DNA of 64,000 bases from positions 3,104,001-3,168,000 of the forward strand of contig OY970320.1 in NCBI GenBank assembly GCA_963716745.1. The letters are read 5' to 3'. Made by a program: the position numbers and the translations under genes. The notes beneath the pieces were generated by a model. That model had not been told where the DNA came from. It was given only the letters and a program-made list of their open reading frames with translations, and did no database searches. The stretch comes from an uncultured Gemmatimonadaceae bacterium (GTDB lineage Bacteria; Gemmatimonadota; Gemmatimonadetes; Gemmatimonadales; Gemmatimonadaceae). Every line of letters begins with the position of its first letter. The first letter of the stretch is position 1. This document shows, in pieces, positions 30,559 to 40,533 of the stretch.

Positions 30559-33469
30559 ATGCGCTCATCTCGCGTGTTCCCTTCCAGCATTTCGTGTCGC
30601 GTTGCCTCCGTTGCCGCACTCGTTGTCTTGTTGCCGTCCCTCACGCTGTCATTGCATGCACAGGTTCCGGTCGGCGTGATCGCTGGCCGCGTCGCCGATT
30701 CGTCCGGTAAGGGCATCGACGGCGCGCTCATCCACGTTGTCGGCACGCGGCTCGGCAGCCAGAGCGACTCCACCGGCGCGTTCCGCGTCATCATGATCCC
30801 GCCCGGCACGTATCGGGTGACGGTCGTGAGCCTCCTCGGGTTCGCGCCCGACACGTTCTCGGCGACCGTCGCCGCGAATGAGACCCTGCGCCACGATGTA
30901 CAGCTCAGGTTCACGGGCGCGACCACTGCCAAGTTGGCCACGGTGTTCGTGACCGCGGAGCGTTTGGGCCAGACCATGGCCGAAGCGCTGAACGAACAGA
31001 AGAACGCGACGAACATCATCAACGTGATGTCCGGCGATGAGATCCGCGCGCTCCCCAACTACAATGCCGCCGAGGCGGCTGGGCGGATCTCCGGCGTGTC
31101 CCTCGAGCGCGACGAAGGGGAGGGGAAGTACGTGCAGGTGCGCGGCACCGAACCGCGCCTCACGAATGTGACCGTGAATGGTGCGCAGGTGCCGGGCACG
31201 TCCACCGACCGCGTCGTCAAGCTGGATGATGTCCCGTCGGACATCCTGGGCGCGATCAAGGTGTCCAAGACGCTCACTGCCGACATGAATGCCGACGCGA
31301 TCGGCGGCTCGGTGGACCTCGTCACCAAGACGCCGGAGGATGCGCCGCAGGGCTACGTCTCGGGGCAATTCGGCGACATCGATCTGCTGAACCGCACGAG
31401 CGGCCAGGCCGGCTTCACGTACGGCGGTCGCTATGGAGATGCGAAACAGACGGGCTTCTTGATCGGCGCGTCCTGGGACCGGTCGTACCGCGCGATCAAC
31501 GACGTGGAACCCGCGTGGGCGTACAATGGCGATGGGACCTCGCATCCGGTGGAGTGGAGTCAGCGCGACTATCTGTACGATCGCACGCGCATCGGCGCCG
31601 GCGGCGATCTCGACTATCGCTTCGACGAGCACAACACGATCTACCTCAAGGGTATGTACAGTCACTTCGAGAATTTCGGGACGCGCTACGTGTACGATGT
31701 GGCGTCGAGCGATGACTCGGCAGCTTCGGGAACGACTGGATTCGGCACTGGCGTGGGCGCAACGCGTGAGGTGGAGTTCCGCACGCCCACGGAGCAGCTG
31801 TGGGGCGGAAGCGCCGGCGGTCTGCACGAGTTCTCGAAGTGGACGCTGAACTATCAGGTGAACTACACCGGCACGTCGCAGATCGACAATAACTACCGCT
31901 CCAGCACCTACGTCGCGAATGGCAGCGGCAACATGACGCTCGCCTACAACTACGCCAACCGCACGTACCCGACGTTCAACTTTCCCGATCCCTCGCAGGC
32001 GGCCGCGGCCGTCGCGGCGGGCGACTATGCCCTCAATGGCTACGACACCGACTACGATAAGACCACCGCGTACGACCTCGGCGGGAACATCGACATGCTT
32101 CGCCAATACTCGCTCGGCGATCACACGAGCTTCTTCAAGTTCGGCGTTCGCCTTCGCGACGACAACAAGGTGTACAACCAGAACGAGCAGAGCTTTGGTT
32201 CCAACACGCCCTATGCGAATGTCGTCGTCCCTGAGTTCGTTCACCGACCCTCACTTCTATAGCCGCCTCAGCCCGAGCTACCCGCTCGGCCCGGTCCCCG
32301 ATTACGGTTCGTCCCAGACGTACGAGAATTCGAATCCTGGCGCATTCGACAACCAGACCGACACGCTGGGCAATCAGCTTGCGAGCTTCACCGGCAGCGA
32401 GAAGATCTACGCGGGCTACCTGATGAACACCACCGAGTTCGGCCCGCTCCTGGTGAACCTCGGTCTCCGCGTGGAGCAAACGAACGACACCTATACCGGG
32501 AGCGCGGTGACGCAGAACGCGGCCGGCGACACCACGTTCGTCACGCCCGTTGCGGGGAAGTCGTCGTACGCCGACTGGTTCCCGAGTCTCCAGTTGAAGT
32601 ACTCGACGGAGTCCAATTGGAATTACCAGTTCGCCATCACGCGAGGGATCGCGCGGCCGAATTATTCGGATCTTGCGCCAAGCCTGTCGGGCATCGCCGA
32701 TCCGACGCTGATCAATGACTACTCGAACGTTTCCGCCGGCAATCCGGACCTCAAGGCGCAAACGGCTTGGAACTACGATATTTTCGTCGGCCACTTCTTC
32801 AAGAATGTCGGCATCCTGTCGGCGGGCGTCTTCTACAAGGACATCTCGAACTTCATCTTCACGCGCAATTTCCGGTATGCGGGGCCGTATGCGCCGCTCG
32901 TGGGTTACGCCGGCACGCAGCCGCAGAACGGCAACTCCGGGCATCTCTCCGGGATCGAGCTGGAGTGGATCCAGCACTTCAGCTTCCTGCCTGGTTGGAC
33001 CTCGGGATTCGGGATCGACGCGAACTACACGCACACCAACAGCTCGGCGGTCGTGCCATGCAGCGACCCCGGCGTAGGCGGCTGCTCGGTGAGCGGCGCC
33101 GACACGACCCGCAAGGCCACGCTCCCGCGGCAGGCGCCGGATATCGGGAACATCGCGCTCATCTATGACCGCGGCGTCGTGTCGGCACGCGTCGCCTGGA
33201 CGTACAACGGCGCCAGCATCTACTCTTACGGCGACGGGTCGAACTCGGGCGAGACCGGCGACACGTACTTCTATCCGCACTCGCAGTTCGACGCGTCGAT
33301 CATGTGGAACGTGACGCGCACCACGCAGCTCCAGTTCCAGGTGCTCAACATCAACAACGCGGTCTTCGGATTCAACAATGGCGTACCGGGTGACAACTAC
33401 AACATCCAGCGTGAGTACTACGGCGCCACGTTCTTCCTGGGCGTGCGCTACGGCTTCGTGGGCTACTGA
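30559..33469 (+). CDS. TonB-dependent receptor with an N-terminal carboxypeptidase-regulatory-like domain; apparent frameshift near 32230
   Basis: Plug motif NAAEAAGRISGVS...GEGKYVQVRG, DAIGGSVDL, GNPDLK and C-terminal YYGATFFLGVRY. Confidence 0.88.
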
Positions 33470-33471
33470 GA

Positions 33472-34419
33472 ATGCGGAGTCGCTGGAGTGCGGCGAGGAT
33501 GGCGGTCGTTGTCGTCTGCGTCATCGCGTGCGGAACATCGCGCGCGATGGCGCAGGCCCCTCAGGGGCAGCTCTCGTTCCTGGTGATGGGCGACTGGGGA
33601 CGCGACGGCGACTCCGCGCAGACGCGCGTCGCCCGGCAGATGGGCGTCACCGCGGAGGCGCTCCACGCGGCGTTCGTCCTCTCCACCGGCGACAATTTCT
33701 ATTCGGATGGCGTGAAGAGCGTCACCGACCGGCAGTGGCAGACGTCGTTCGAGCAAGTGTACACGGCCAAGTCGCTGCAGATCCCTTGGTACGTGGCGCT
33801 CGGCAATCACGACTATCACAGCGATCCGGATGTGCAGGTGCAGTACACGAAGACGAGTACGCGATGGCGGATGCCGGCTCGATATTTCTCATTCACCGAA
33901 CGCGTGGACGACACCACCAGCGCCGAATTCTTCATCATCGACACGTCACCCTTCGTCGAGAAATACTACACCGACAAGAAGATGGCGCCGCAGTTGAAGG
34001 GCATGAGCACCGCGCCACAGCTCGCGTGGCTCGACAGCGCGCTGCACGCGTCGAAGGCGCAGTGGAAGTTCGTGGCCGGGCACGGCACCATCTATTCGGC
34101 GAGCCCGGTGCACGGCAACACTTCCGAACTCATCCGCGACGTCGTGCCGCTCTTGGAGAAGTACCACGTGCAGGCGTACTTGAACGGACACGATCACGAT
34201 CTGCAGCACGCCCACGCGGGCAGCGTCGCCTACTTCACGAGTGGCGGTGGGTCCGAGACGCGCCCCACCGGCCACGATGCGCATACCGTGTTCAGCCGCG
34301 CGAGCACCGGCTTCCTCGCGGCGGTGTTGACGAGCGGCACGCTGCACGTACAGTTCATCAATGATTCGGGGCGCGTGTTGTACACCACCTCGATCAAGCG
34401 AGGCTCGCTCACCCACTGA
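33472..34419 (+). CDS. Purple/tartrate-resistant acid phosphatase (calcineurin-like metallophosphoesterase)
   Basis: GDWG, GDNFY, LGNHDY and NGHDH motifs; signal peptide. Confidence 0.9.
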   Translation: MRSRWSAARMAVVVVCVIACGTSRAMAQAPQGQLSFLVMGDWGRDGDSAQTRVARQMGVTAEALHAAFVLSTGDNFYSDGVKSVTDRQWQTSFEQVYTAKSLQIPWYVALGNHDYHSDPDVQVQYTKTSTRWRMPARYFSFTERVDDTTSAEFFIIDTSPFVEKYYTDKKMAPQLKGMSTAPQLAWLDSALHASKAQWKFVAGHGTIYSASPVHGNTSELIRDVVPLLEKYHVQAYLNGHDHDLQHAHAGSVAYFTSGGGSETRPTGHDAHTVFSRASTGFLAAVLTSGTLHVQFINDSGRVLYTTSIKRGSLTH

Positions 34420-34429
34420 GGTATCCGCC

Positions 34430-35308
34430 ATGCATCGTCATTGTCTCGTCGCAGTCCTCCTCACCACGGCGGCCGCGGCGAGCGTGGCGCAACAACCGGC
34501 GGCTGCGCCCGATTGGCACGCGGTGGAGCAGGCGCTTGGCCGCTCCGGAGCGCCGCAACCCGGCGGCGTGATCAAGTTCGCCTTCCCGCGTTCCGATCTC
34601 GCGGTGACCGTCGGCGACGTGACGGTGAAGCCTGGCTTGGCGCTCGGCACTTGGTTGGCGTTCATGCCGCAGGGGAGCGGCGCGATGGCGATGGGCGATC
34701 TCGTGCTCTTGACCGCCGAGGTCGCGCCGGTGATGCGCGCGCTCGAAGCCGGTGGCGTACACGTGGCGGCGGTGCACAACCATCTCCTTGGCGAGATGCC
34801 GCGCATCATCTACATGCACATCGTCGCCACCGGCGATCCGGCGAAGATCGCCGCCGCGGTGCACACTGCGCTCGAGCTCACCGGCACGCCGCTCGCAGCC
34901 CTGGCTCCGCCCGCCGCGATGACGTTCCCGCTCGATACCGCGGCGCTCGCGCGCGCGCTGGGGACATCGGGCAAGGTGAACGGAGGCATCTATCAGGTCA
35001 GCGCGGCGCGGAGCGCGCCGATCACGATCGGCGGCATGACCGTCCCACCGTCGATGGGGCTCGCCACCGCCATCAACATCCAGCCGCTCGATGCCGGCCG
35101 TGCCGCGGCGAGCGGAGATTTCGTGCTCACCGCGGATCAGGTGACGCCGGTGATGCAGGCGCTCACCGCGCACGGGATCGCCGTCACGGCGTTGCACAGC
35201 CACCTCATGTCATCGACGCCGTCGCTGCTGTTCATGCACTTCTGGGTGGCGGACAGCGCTTCCAAGGTCGCGGCGGGACTCGGCGCGGCGCTCGCCGCCG
35301 CGAAGTGA
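34430..35308 (+). CDS. DUF1259 (LppY/LpqO-like) secreted protein
   Basis: Two repeats: MGDLVL...AVHNH...YMH and GDFVL...ALHSH...FMHFW. Confidence 0.8.
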   Translation: MHRHCLVAVLLTTAAAASVAQQPAAAPDWHAVEQALGRSGAPQPGGVIKFAFPRSDLAVTVGDVTVKPGLALGTWLAFMPQGSGAMAMGDLVLLTAEVAPVMRALEAGGVHVAAVHNHLLGEMPRIIYMHIVATGDPAKIAAAVHTALELTGTPLAALAPPAAMTFPLDTAALARALGTSGKVNGGIYQVSAARSAPITIGGMTVPPSMGLATAINIQPLDAGRAAASGDFVLTADQVTPVMQALTAHGIAVTALHSHLMSSTPSLLFMHFWVADSASKVAAGLGAALAAAK

Positions 35309-35309
35309 C

Positions 35310-36245
35310 TCAGACACCGACGAGCGGGTAGCCCAAGTCGCGCCAAGCCTTGATCCCACCCTCGAGTGGCCGCACGCGCTCCACGCCGTGCCGCTTGAGC
35401 CGCAGCGCTGATCGCGCGCTCGACGCCTCGTTGGGACACGAGCAGTAGAGCACCACTTCGCCATGCGTCGGGATCTCGGAGAAGCGGATCTCCAGTTCCT
35501 CCGGCGTCATGCGCAGCGAACCCGGGATGCCGCCCGGTTCCGCCGCGAATTCCATCGTGTGCCGCAGATCGAGCACGACCGTCGGTTCGGCCGCGTCGAG
35601 CCGGCGCTTCAGTTCCTCCGGCGTGATGCGCGCCATGCGCAGCTCGCGATACAGCAGTTGCCGTCGCACGATCTTCCATCCGATGTAGATCGCGCAGAGC
35701 ACCACGAGCAGCTGCATGCCCGACACGCCGAAGCGCACGACGAGTTGCAGTATGTCCTCCACGCTCGCGCTGAATCCGTATCCGAGCCCGACGAACGCTG
35801 CGACCCATAGGACCGCGCCGAGGAGGTTGAGCGAATAGAACCGAACGCGCGACATGCCCGCGATCGCCGCGATCGGCTGCACCACGACGCCGGCGAATCC
35901 GGGCATGAAGTTCGCGATGAGCAGCGCCGCCGCGCCCCAGCTCGTGAAGAAATCGCGCGCCCCGCGCGCGCAACGATCGGGCTCGAGCGAAAGGCGGCAC
36001 ACGAGCGTCAGCACATCCCCGCGTCCATGGCGCGCCGCCTCGTACCACACTGCGTGCGCTGCCACCGACGCGAGCACCGCGACACTCATGACAAGGAACA
36101 GATCGAGTTGGCCGCCGCGCGCGATCGCGCCCGCGGCGATCAAGAATGGAATGGCCGGCAGCGGAACGCCGAGTTGGTCGGCCAGCACCAGCGCGAAGAG
36201 CACCGCGTAGCCGTGCTGCAGGAGGAACCCGTTCGCGTCACCCAT
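35310..36245 (-). CDS. DedA/VTT membrane protein fused to a rhodanese-like domain
   Basis: QLGVPLPA DedA motif; C-terminal VLYCSCPNEASSA...LEGG. Confidence 0.85.
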   Translation of the reverse strand: MGDANGFLLQHGYAVLFALVLADQLGVPLPAIPFLIAAGAIARGGQLDLFLVMSVAVLASVAAHAVWYEAARHGRGDVLTLVCRLSLEPDRCARGARDFFTSWGAAALLIANFMPGFAGVVVQPIAAIAGMSRVRFYSLNLLGAVLWVAAFVGLGYGFSASVEDILQLVVRFGVSGMQLLVVLCAIYIGWKIVRRQLLYRELRMARITPEELKRRLDAAEPTVVLDLRHTMEFAAEPGGIPGSLRMTPEELEIRFSEIPTHGEVVLYCSCPNEASSARSALRLKRHGVERVRPLEGGIKAWRDLGYPLVGV

Positions 36246-36276
36246 GATGCGCGTATCATAGACCATTCTCGCGCTT

Positions 36277-36399
36277 GGTCGCGACCCGGCCTCCGGCTAG
36301 GCCGCTTTCGCTCAAACCGCTTCGAGCCTCGCGGCTGTGGGGCGCCACGAGTCTCTCGCTTTTCGCTGCCGCGGCTGCGCCGGAGGCCGGCTCGCTCCC
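36277..36399 (-). repeat. Hairpin repeat family A, copy 10
   Basis: GGTCGCGACCCGGCCTCCGGC...core(rc)...GCCGGAGGCCGGCTCGCTCCC. Confidence 0.9.
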
Positions 36400-36518
36400 T
36401 GCCAAGGATCGAGCTACGCGCGGGAGCTCTCACTGCGCCTAACTCCGCACAGCGCGCATACGGCGCAGAGAACTGATCTGACGCGGCATTCAGCCCGCGC
36501 GAACCGTGATCGACGTCA

Positions 36519-36637
36519 GGGAGCGGTGCCATCCCGGCAGAGGCGCCCCCGCGCGTAGCGAGAGACTCGCGCGCCGTTTGCGCGAGGCTCGAAGCGTGTA
36601 AGCGCGAGGGCGCCGGCGCCGGGATGGCGCCGCGACC
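36519..36637 (+). repeat. Hairpin repeat family A, copy 11 (subtype A2)
   Basis: Nearly identical to copy 9 except in the apical loop. Confidence 0.88.
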
Positions 36638-36651
36638 GGCGGCGCGCCAAC

Positions 36652-37335
36652 CTACTCCCGCGCCAACCGGTACCCGACTTTCCGCACGGTAAGAATGTGG
36701 ATCGGCCGTTCCGCGCTCGGCTCGAGTTTGCGGCGCAGTTCGGCGATGTGTGTGTCAACGGTCCGGCTCAGTACGTCCGCGCCGTACCCCCACACGCGCT
36801 CCATCAACCGGTCGCGGCTGAGCGCTGCGCCGTTCGCTTCCACCAACGCCCAGAGGAGATCGAATTCCTTGGGCGCGAGCGCCACCTCCGCGCCGGACAC
36901 GCGCACCGTCCTTGGGCCGGGATCAACCGCCACGAGTCCGAAGCGCACCACCGGACCCGACGGCCGCGCCGGCTGCGTGCGCCGGAGCAGTGCCTCAACG
37001 CGCGCCATGAGCTCCAGCACACCGAACGGCTTCGTCACATAGTCGTCGGCGCCGAGTCGCAGGCCGCGCACCTTGTCCTCCTCCTGGCCGCGCGCGGTGA
37101 GGATGAGCACGGGCGTGCGACAGCCGCGCTCGCGCAGCGCGCGCAGCACGCGAAATCCATCCAGCCCCGGCAGCATCAGGTCGAGCAGCACGAGATCGAA
37201 CGGGCCCTCGAGCGCGCGCGACAGGCCCGCGTTCCCATCCACGGCGATCTCTACATGGTAGCCATCGATCTCGAGATTGTTGCGCACGCCGAAGGCGAGG
37301 TCGGCGTTGTCCTCGATCACTAGAATGCGGCTCAT
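36652..37335 (-). CDS. OmpR/PhoB-family response regulator
   Basis: IEDN, LDLMLP, GADDYVTKPF and RTVDTHIAELRRK motifs. Confidence 0.93.
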   Translation of the reverse strand: MSRILVIEDNADLAFGVRNNLEIDGYHVEIAVDGNAGLSRALEGPFDLVLLDLMLPGLDGFRVLRALRERGCRTPVLILTARGQEEDKVRGLRLGADDYVTKPFGVLELMARVEALLRRTQPARPSGPVVRFGLVAVDPGPRTVRVSGAEVALAPKEFDLLWALVEANGAALSRDRLMERVWGYGADVLSRTVDTHIAELRRKLEPSAERPIHILTVRKVGYRLARE

Positions 37336-38876
37336 GCCGGCTGCCTCGGGAGCCGCAGCACGATGCGGGCGCCGCCGCCGGGTGCCGCTTCGGCCACCGA
37401 CGAGCCGCCGTGCGCGGCGACGAGATCGCTGACGATCGCGAGTCCGATCCCGGTGCCCGTCGTGTTCCCGCGGCGCGCCGCCTCGCCGCGCCAGAATCGC
37501 TCCCAGATGCGCGCGCGGGAGCCGGCGTCAATGCCGTCGCCCTGATCCTCGACCTCGATGCGCACTTCGCTCGCGTCGGACGCCAGCCGCACGGTGATCG
37601 TTTGCGGCCGGCGTCCGTACTTCAGCGCGTTGTCGAGCACGTTCAGCAGCACCTGCCGGATCGCGGCGCGGTCCACGTTCGCATGCACATCGCGCGTAAG
37701 CACCGGCTCCACGCGCGAGCCTTCCCGCTCGGCGAGCGGCGCGAATCCCGCGATCACTTCGCTGATCAGCGCCGTGAGATCGGTGGGCGTCATGTCCACC
37801 GTGAGCGCGCGGCGCTCGGCGCGTGAGAAATGCAGGAGATTCTCCACGAGATGCTCGAGGCGTTTCGCCTCGTTCTCGATGATCCCGATCGACCGTTCGC
37901 CTTCGGCGTCGGACCGCACGCGGCCGAGGCGCAGCGTCTCCGCGAAGAGCCGGATCTGCGCGAGCGGCGTTCGCAATTCGTGCGAGACGCTCGCGACGAA
38001 ATCCTCACGGAGTCGGGACAGTTCGCTCTCGCGCCGCAGCTGCGCGACCGCGAGCGCTGTGAGCAGGAGCGTGACGCCGAGCAGCGCGAGCGAGACGGGC
38101 AGGCGCGATCGCGGAAGGCCCCCGATCACGAGCGCGGGCGCGAGCGATTCACTCAAACTAACCTCGATGGCGAGATCGCCGAACGGCTGCCCGAGTGGAA
38201 GCGCGGTGTGGAACGGCGATGCGGAATCGAAGCCGCGATCGGCCAGCGCGCCGGTGGCGCTCGTGACGCGCAGTCCGACGCCCGACGTAAGCGGCGCGCC
38301 GTGCACGAGACTGGACGGAAGAACGGGATCCTGCGCGATCATGTCCTGTAGCACCGCGATGAGCGCGACGCGGGGGAGCGTGAACGCAGTGGATGGTGAA
38401 CCATTGGCGCGCAGCGGCTGGAACACGAGCAGCTCGCCACCTGCCGGCGGCGGCCACGCGAGCCCGAAGTAGGCGTAACCGGGCACATGCGTGGTCGCCT
38501 CGGCCACGAACCGCGTGATGGAATCGGCGGCGGCGGAGGAGAGCGGGGCGCCATTCGTGCGCACGGTGTTCGCATGGGGGTCGATGCGCAGGATGCGGCT
38601 CGCGCGCTCGAAGACGTCCTTCGCGCCGCCGCTCAGCGGCGCAGCGGGCGCCGCGGCGGCGAGCAGCACGGGATTGAAGCGCGCGCCGAGCTGCCCTTTG
38701 AGGCGCAGCGCCGACGCTTCCGCGCCCAGAGTCGCGTAGTCGCGAAGTACGCGCTCCGCACTCGCGCGCTGATCGCGCGCCGCCGTCACCGCCTGCACCG
38801 TGAGCAGGGCGGAGAGCAGCGCTGTGAGGCCGAGAGCGATGGCCACGAGATTCGAGGGGCGTGCGGGGTCGCGCAT
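37332..38876 (-). CDS. Sensor histidine kinase
   Basis: SHELRTPL, NVLDNALKY, DQGDGI and GTGIGL boxes; two TM segments. Confidence 0.92.
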   Translation of the reverse strand: MRDPARPSNLVAIALGLTALLSALLTVQAVTAARDQRASAERVLRDYATLGAEASALRLKGQLGARFNPVLLAAAAPAAPLSGGAKDVFERASRILRIDPHANTVRTNGAPLSSAAADSITRFVAEATTHVPGYAYFGLAWPPPAGGELLVFQPLRANGSPSTAFTLPRVALIAVLQDMIAQDPVLPSSLVHGAPLTSGVGLRVTSATGALADRGFDSASPFHTALPLGQPFGDLAIEVSLSESLAPALVIGGLPRSRLPVSLALLGVTLLLTALAVAQLRRESELSRLREDFVASVSHELRTPLAQIRLFAETLRLGRVRSDAEGERSIGIIENEAKRLEHLVENLLHFSRAERRALTVDMTPTDLTALISEVIAGFAPLAEREGSRVEPVLTRDVHANVDRAAIRQVLLNVLDNALKYGRRPQTITVRLASDASEVRIEVEDQGDGIDAGSRARIWERFWRGEAARRGNTTGTGIGLAIVSDLVAAHGGSSVAEAAPGGGARIVLRLPRQPA

Positions 38877-38986
38877 GGCGAAAGTTAACGGAACTCGCGA
38901 AAGGCCGGTTCGGGGTTCATCGATCCCTGACAATTCGCTTGCAGCATGGCCACTCGCGGATTGGCGGGTGCGCGTACCGTTCGCAC

Positions 38987-39382
38987 ATGAAGCGACCGGT
39001 CACGACGCTCAAGATGGTGCGGCTCGCCGCGGCGTGGGGAGTGGGGCTCTATCTCGCGCGCATGTACGTCGAGATGGGCTGGGTCAAGTTCGATCCCAAT
39101 GGCTTCTGGACCAAGGCATTCGAGCGGTGGGGCTATCCGGTGTGGATGCGATGGACCGTGGGCGCGATCGAGGTAACGGGCGGCATCATGCTGCTCATTC
39201 CCTGGGTGGCGTCGTACGGCGCGATCGCGGTGGCCGTCATCATGACGGGCGCGTTCTTCACCCGCATGCACGACCATCGCTACGTTGACTCGGCATGGAT
39301 CGCCGCGTATTGGGCCGGGCTCGCGTGGATCGCGTACGAGTGGTGGCCATTCCGGCGCCCGGCGCCAGGAGCTAAACGGTGA
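38987..39382 (+). CDS. DoxX-family membrane protein
   Basis: GWVKF, F..WGYP.W...VG.IE..GG.LLIP pattern. Confidence 0.75.
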   Translation: MKRPVTTLKMVRLAAAWGVGLYLARMYVEMGWVKFDPNGFWTKAFERWGYPVWMRWTVGAIEVTGGIMLLIPWVASYGAIAVAVIMTGAFFTRMHDHRYVDSAWIAAYWAGLAWIAYEWWPFRRPAPGAKR

Positions 39383-39888
39383 GGAACATGATCTTCGGCG
39401 CGATCTCGGCGCTCGTCGCGCTGCCCCTGTTCGCGTTCGTATATGCGGCACTCGGCGTCGGTGACGTGCGCTCCGACGTCGCGCCGGGCGCGCTCGAGAC
39501 GTCCGTCATGCGCGCCGCCGTGCACGCATCAGTGCGACGGAGCGCGAAAAACGACTCCGCGCCGCCGCCTGCGACCGATTCGCTCGTGATCGCCGGCGGC
39601 CGGCGGTACATGAATGACTGCATCGGCTGCCACGGCACGCCCGGCAAGGGGCCGAGCAAGTTCGGCCAGTCGTTCTATCCGCCGGCACCGCAGTTCCCGG
39701 ACGCGGGCACGGAGTACACTCCCACCGAGCTCATGTGGATCGCGACCCACGGCATTCGCATGACGGGCATGGATTCGAAATCGGAATACAAACCAACGAG
39801 CCGGCAGACGCTGGTGGCGTTCATCGCGGCCGTGCACACGCTGCCTCCGGCGCTGCTCGACAGCATCAACGTGGAGGCGAAGAAGTAG
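39379..39888 (+). CDS. Membrane-anchored cytochrome c
   Basis: CIGCHG heme motif; HGIRMTGM. Confidence 0.85.
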   Translation: MRNMIFGAISALVALPLFAFVYAALGVGDVRSDVAPGALETSVMRAAVHASVRRSAKNDSAPPPATDSLVIAGGRRYMNDCIGCHGTPGKGPSKFGQSFYPPAPQFPDAGTEYTPTELMWIATHGIRMTGMDSKSEYKPTSRQTLVAFIAAVHTLPPALLDSINVEAKK

Positions 39889-40389
39889 ATGAAACGATTC
39901 GCGTTGGGTTTCTTCGGAATGCTCGCGTTGCTCGGTGTTGGCGCGCTCGCGTTCTTGCTGCTCGGATTTGCCGATGTGCGCGACGATGCACCTGCGCCCG
40001 CGGTCTACCGAGCGTTCCACGCGATGGCCGTGCGTGCCTCCGTGCACCGGCGCGCGCCGGCGGCAAGTCCGCTCGCGCCGAGCGACTCCGATCTCATCGC
40101 GGGTGGACATCTGTATCTCAACGGATGCGCCGGGTGTCACGGCACGCCCGGCAAGACGCGACCGGCGTTCACGGGATTCAACCCGCCACCGCAGCTATCG
40201 GCGTTGCAGCCGCGCTACAGCGAACCGGAGATGTTCTGGATCATCGACCACGGCGTGCGCCGCACGGGCATGTCGGCGTACGGAGTGTTCTACAAGGACA
40301 AAGAGATGTGGCAGGAGGCGGCGTTTCTCGCGCGAATACACTCGCTGCCGCCGGCGGTGGCGGATTCGTTGGGGCTGCCGCGGCAATAG
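39889..40389 (+). CDS. Membrane-anchored cytochrome c (paralog of the upstream gene)
   Basis: CAGCHG heme motif; HGVRRTGM. Confidence 0.85.
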   Translation: MKRFALGFFGMLALLGVGALAFLLLGFADVRDDAPAPAVYRAFHAMAVRASVHRRAPAASPLAPSDSDLIAGGHLYLNGCAGCHGTPGKTRPAFTGFNPPPQLSALQPRYSEPEMFWIIDHGVRRTGMSAYGVFYKDKEMWQEAAFLARIHSLPPAVADSLGLPRQ

Positions 40390-40400
40390 CGTCTAACAGC

Positions 40401-40516
40401 CGGGAACCGATTGCCGGGAACCGGTGTGGCATGACAACGCATGGCGTTACGACATCGCGCCTTGTCGTGATGCAATGCGTTCTTATGCCTCACCGGTTCC
40501 CGGCAATCGGTTCCCG
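40401..40516. repeat. 116-bp palindrome family B, copy 1
   Basis: 26-bp perfect arms CGGGAACCGATTGCCGGGAACCGGTG / CACCGGTTCCCGGCAATCGGTTCCCG with an imperfect inner stem. Confidence 0.9.
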
Positions 40517-40533
40517 GTTGTTCGCAGTGTTGG

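Noticed and set aside
6091..36637. Family A repeats as a CRISPR array
   Set aside because: Copies are dispersed kilobases apart in both orientations, are about 120 bp long, lack regular spacers, and no cas genes are present.
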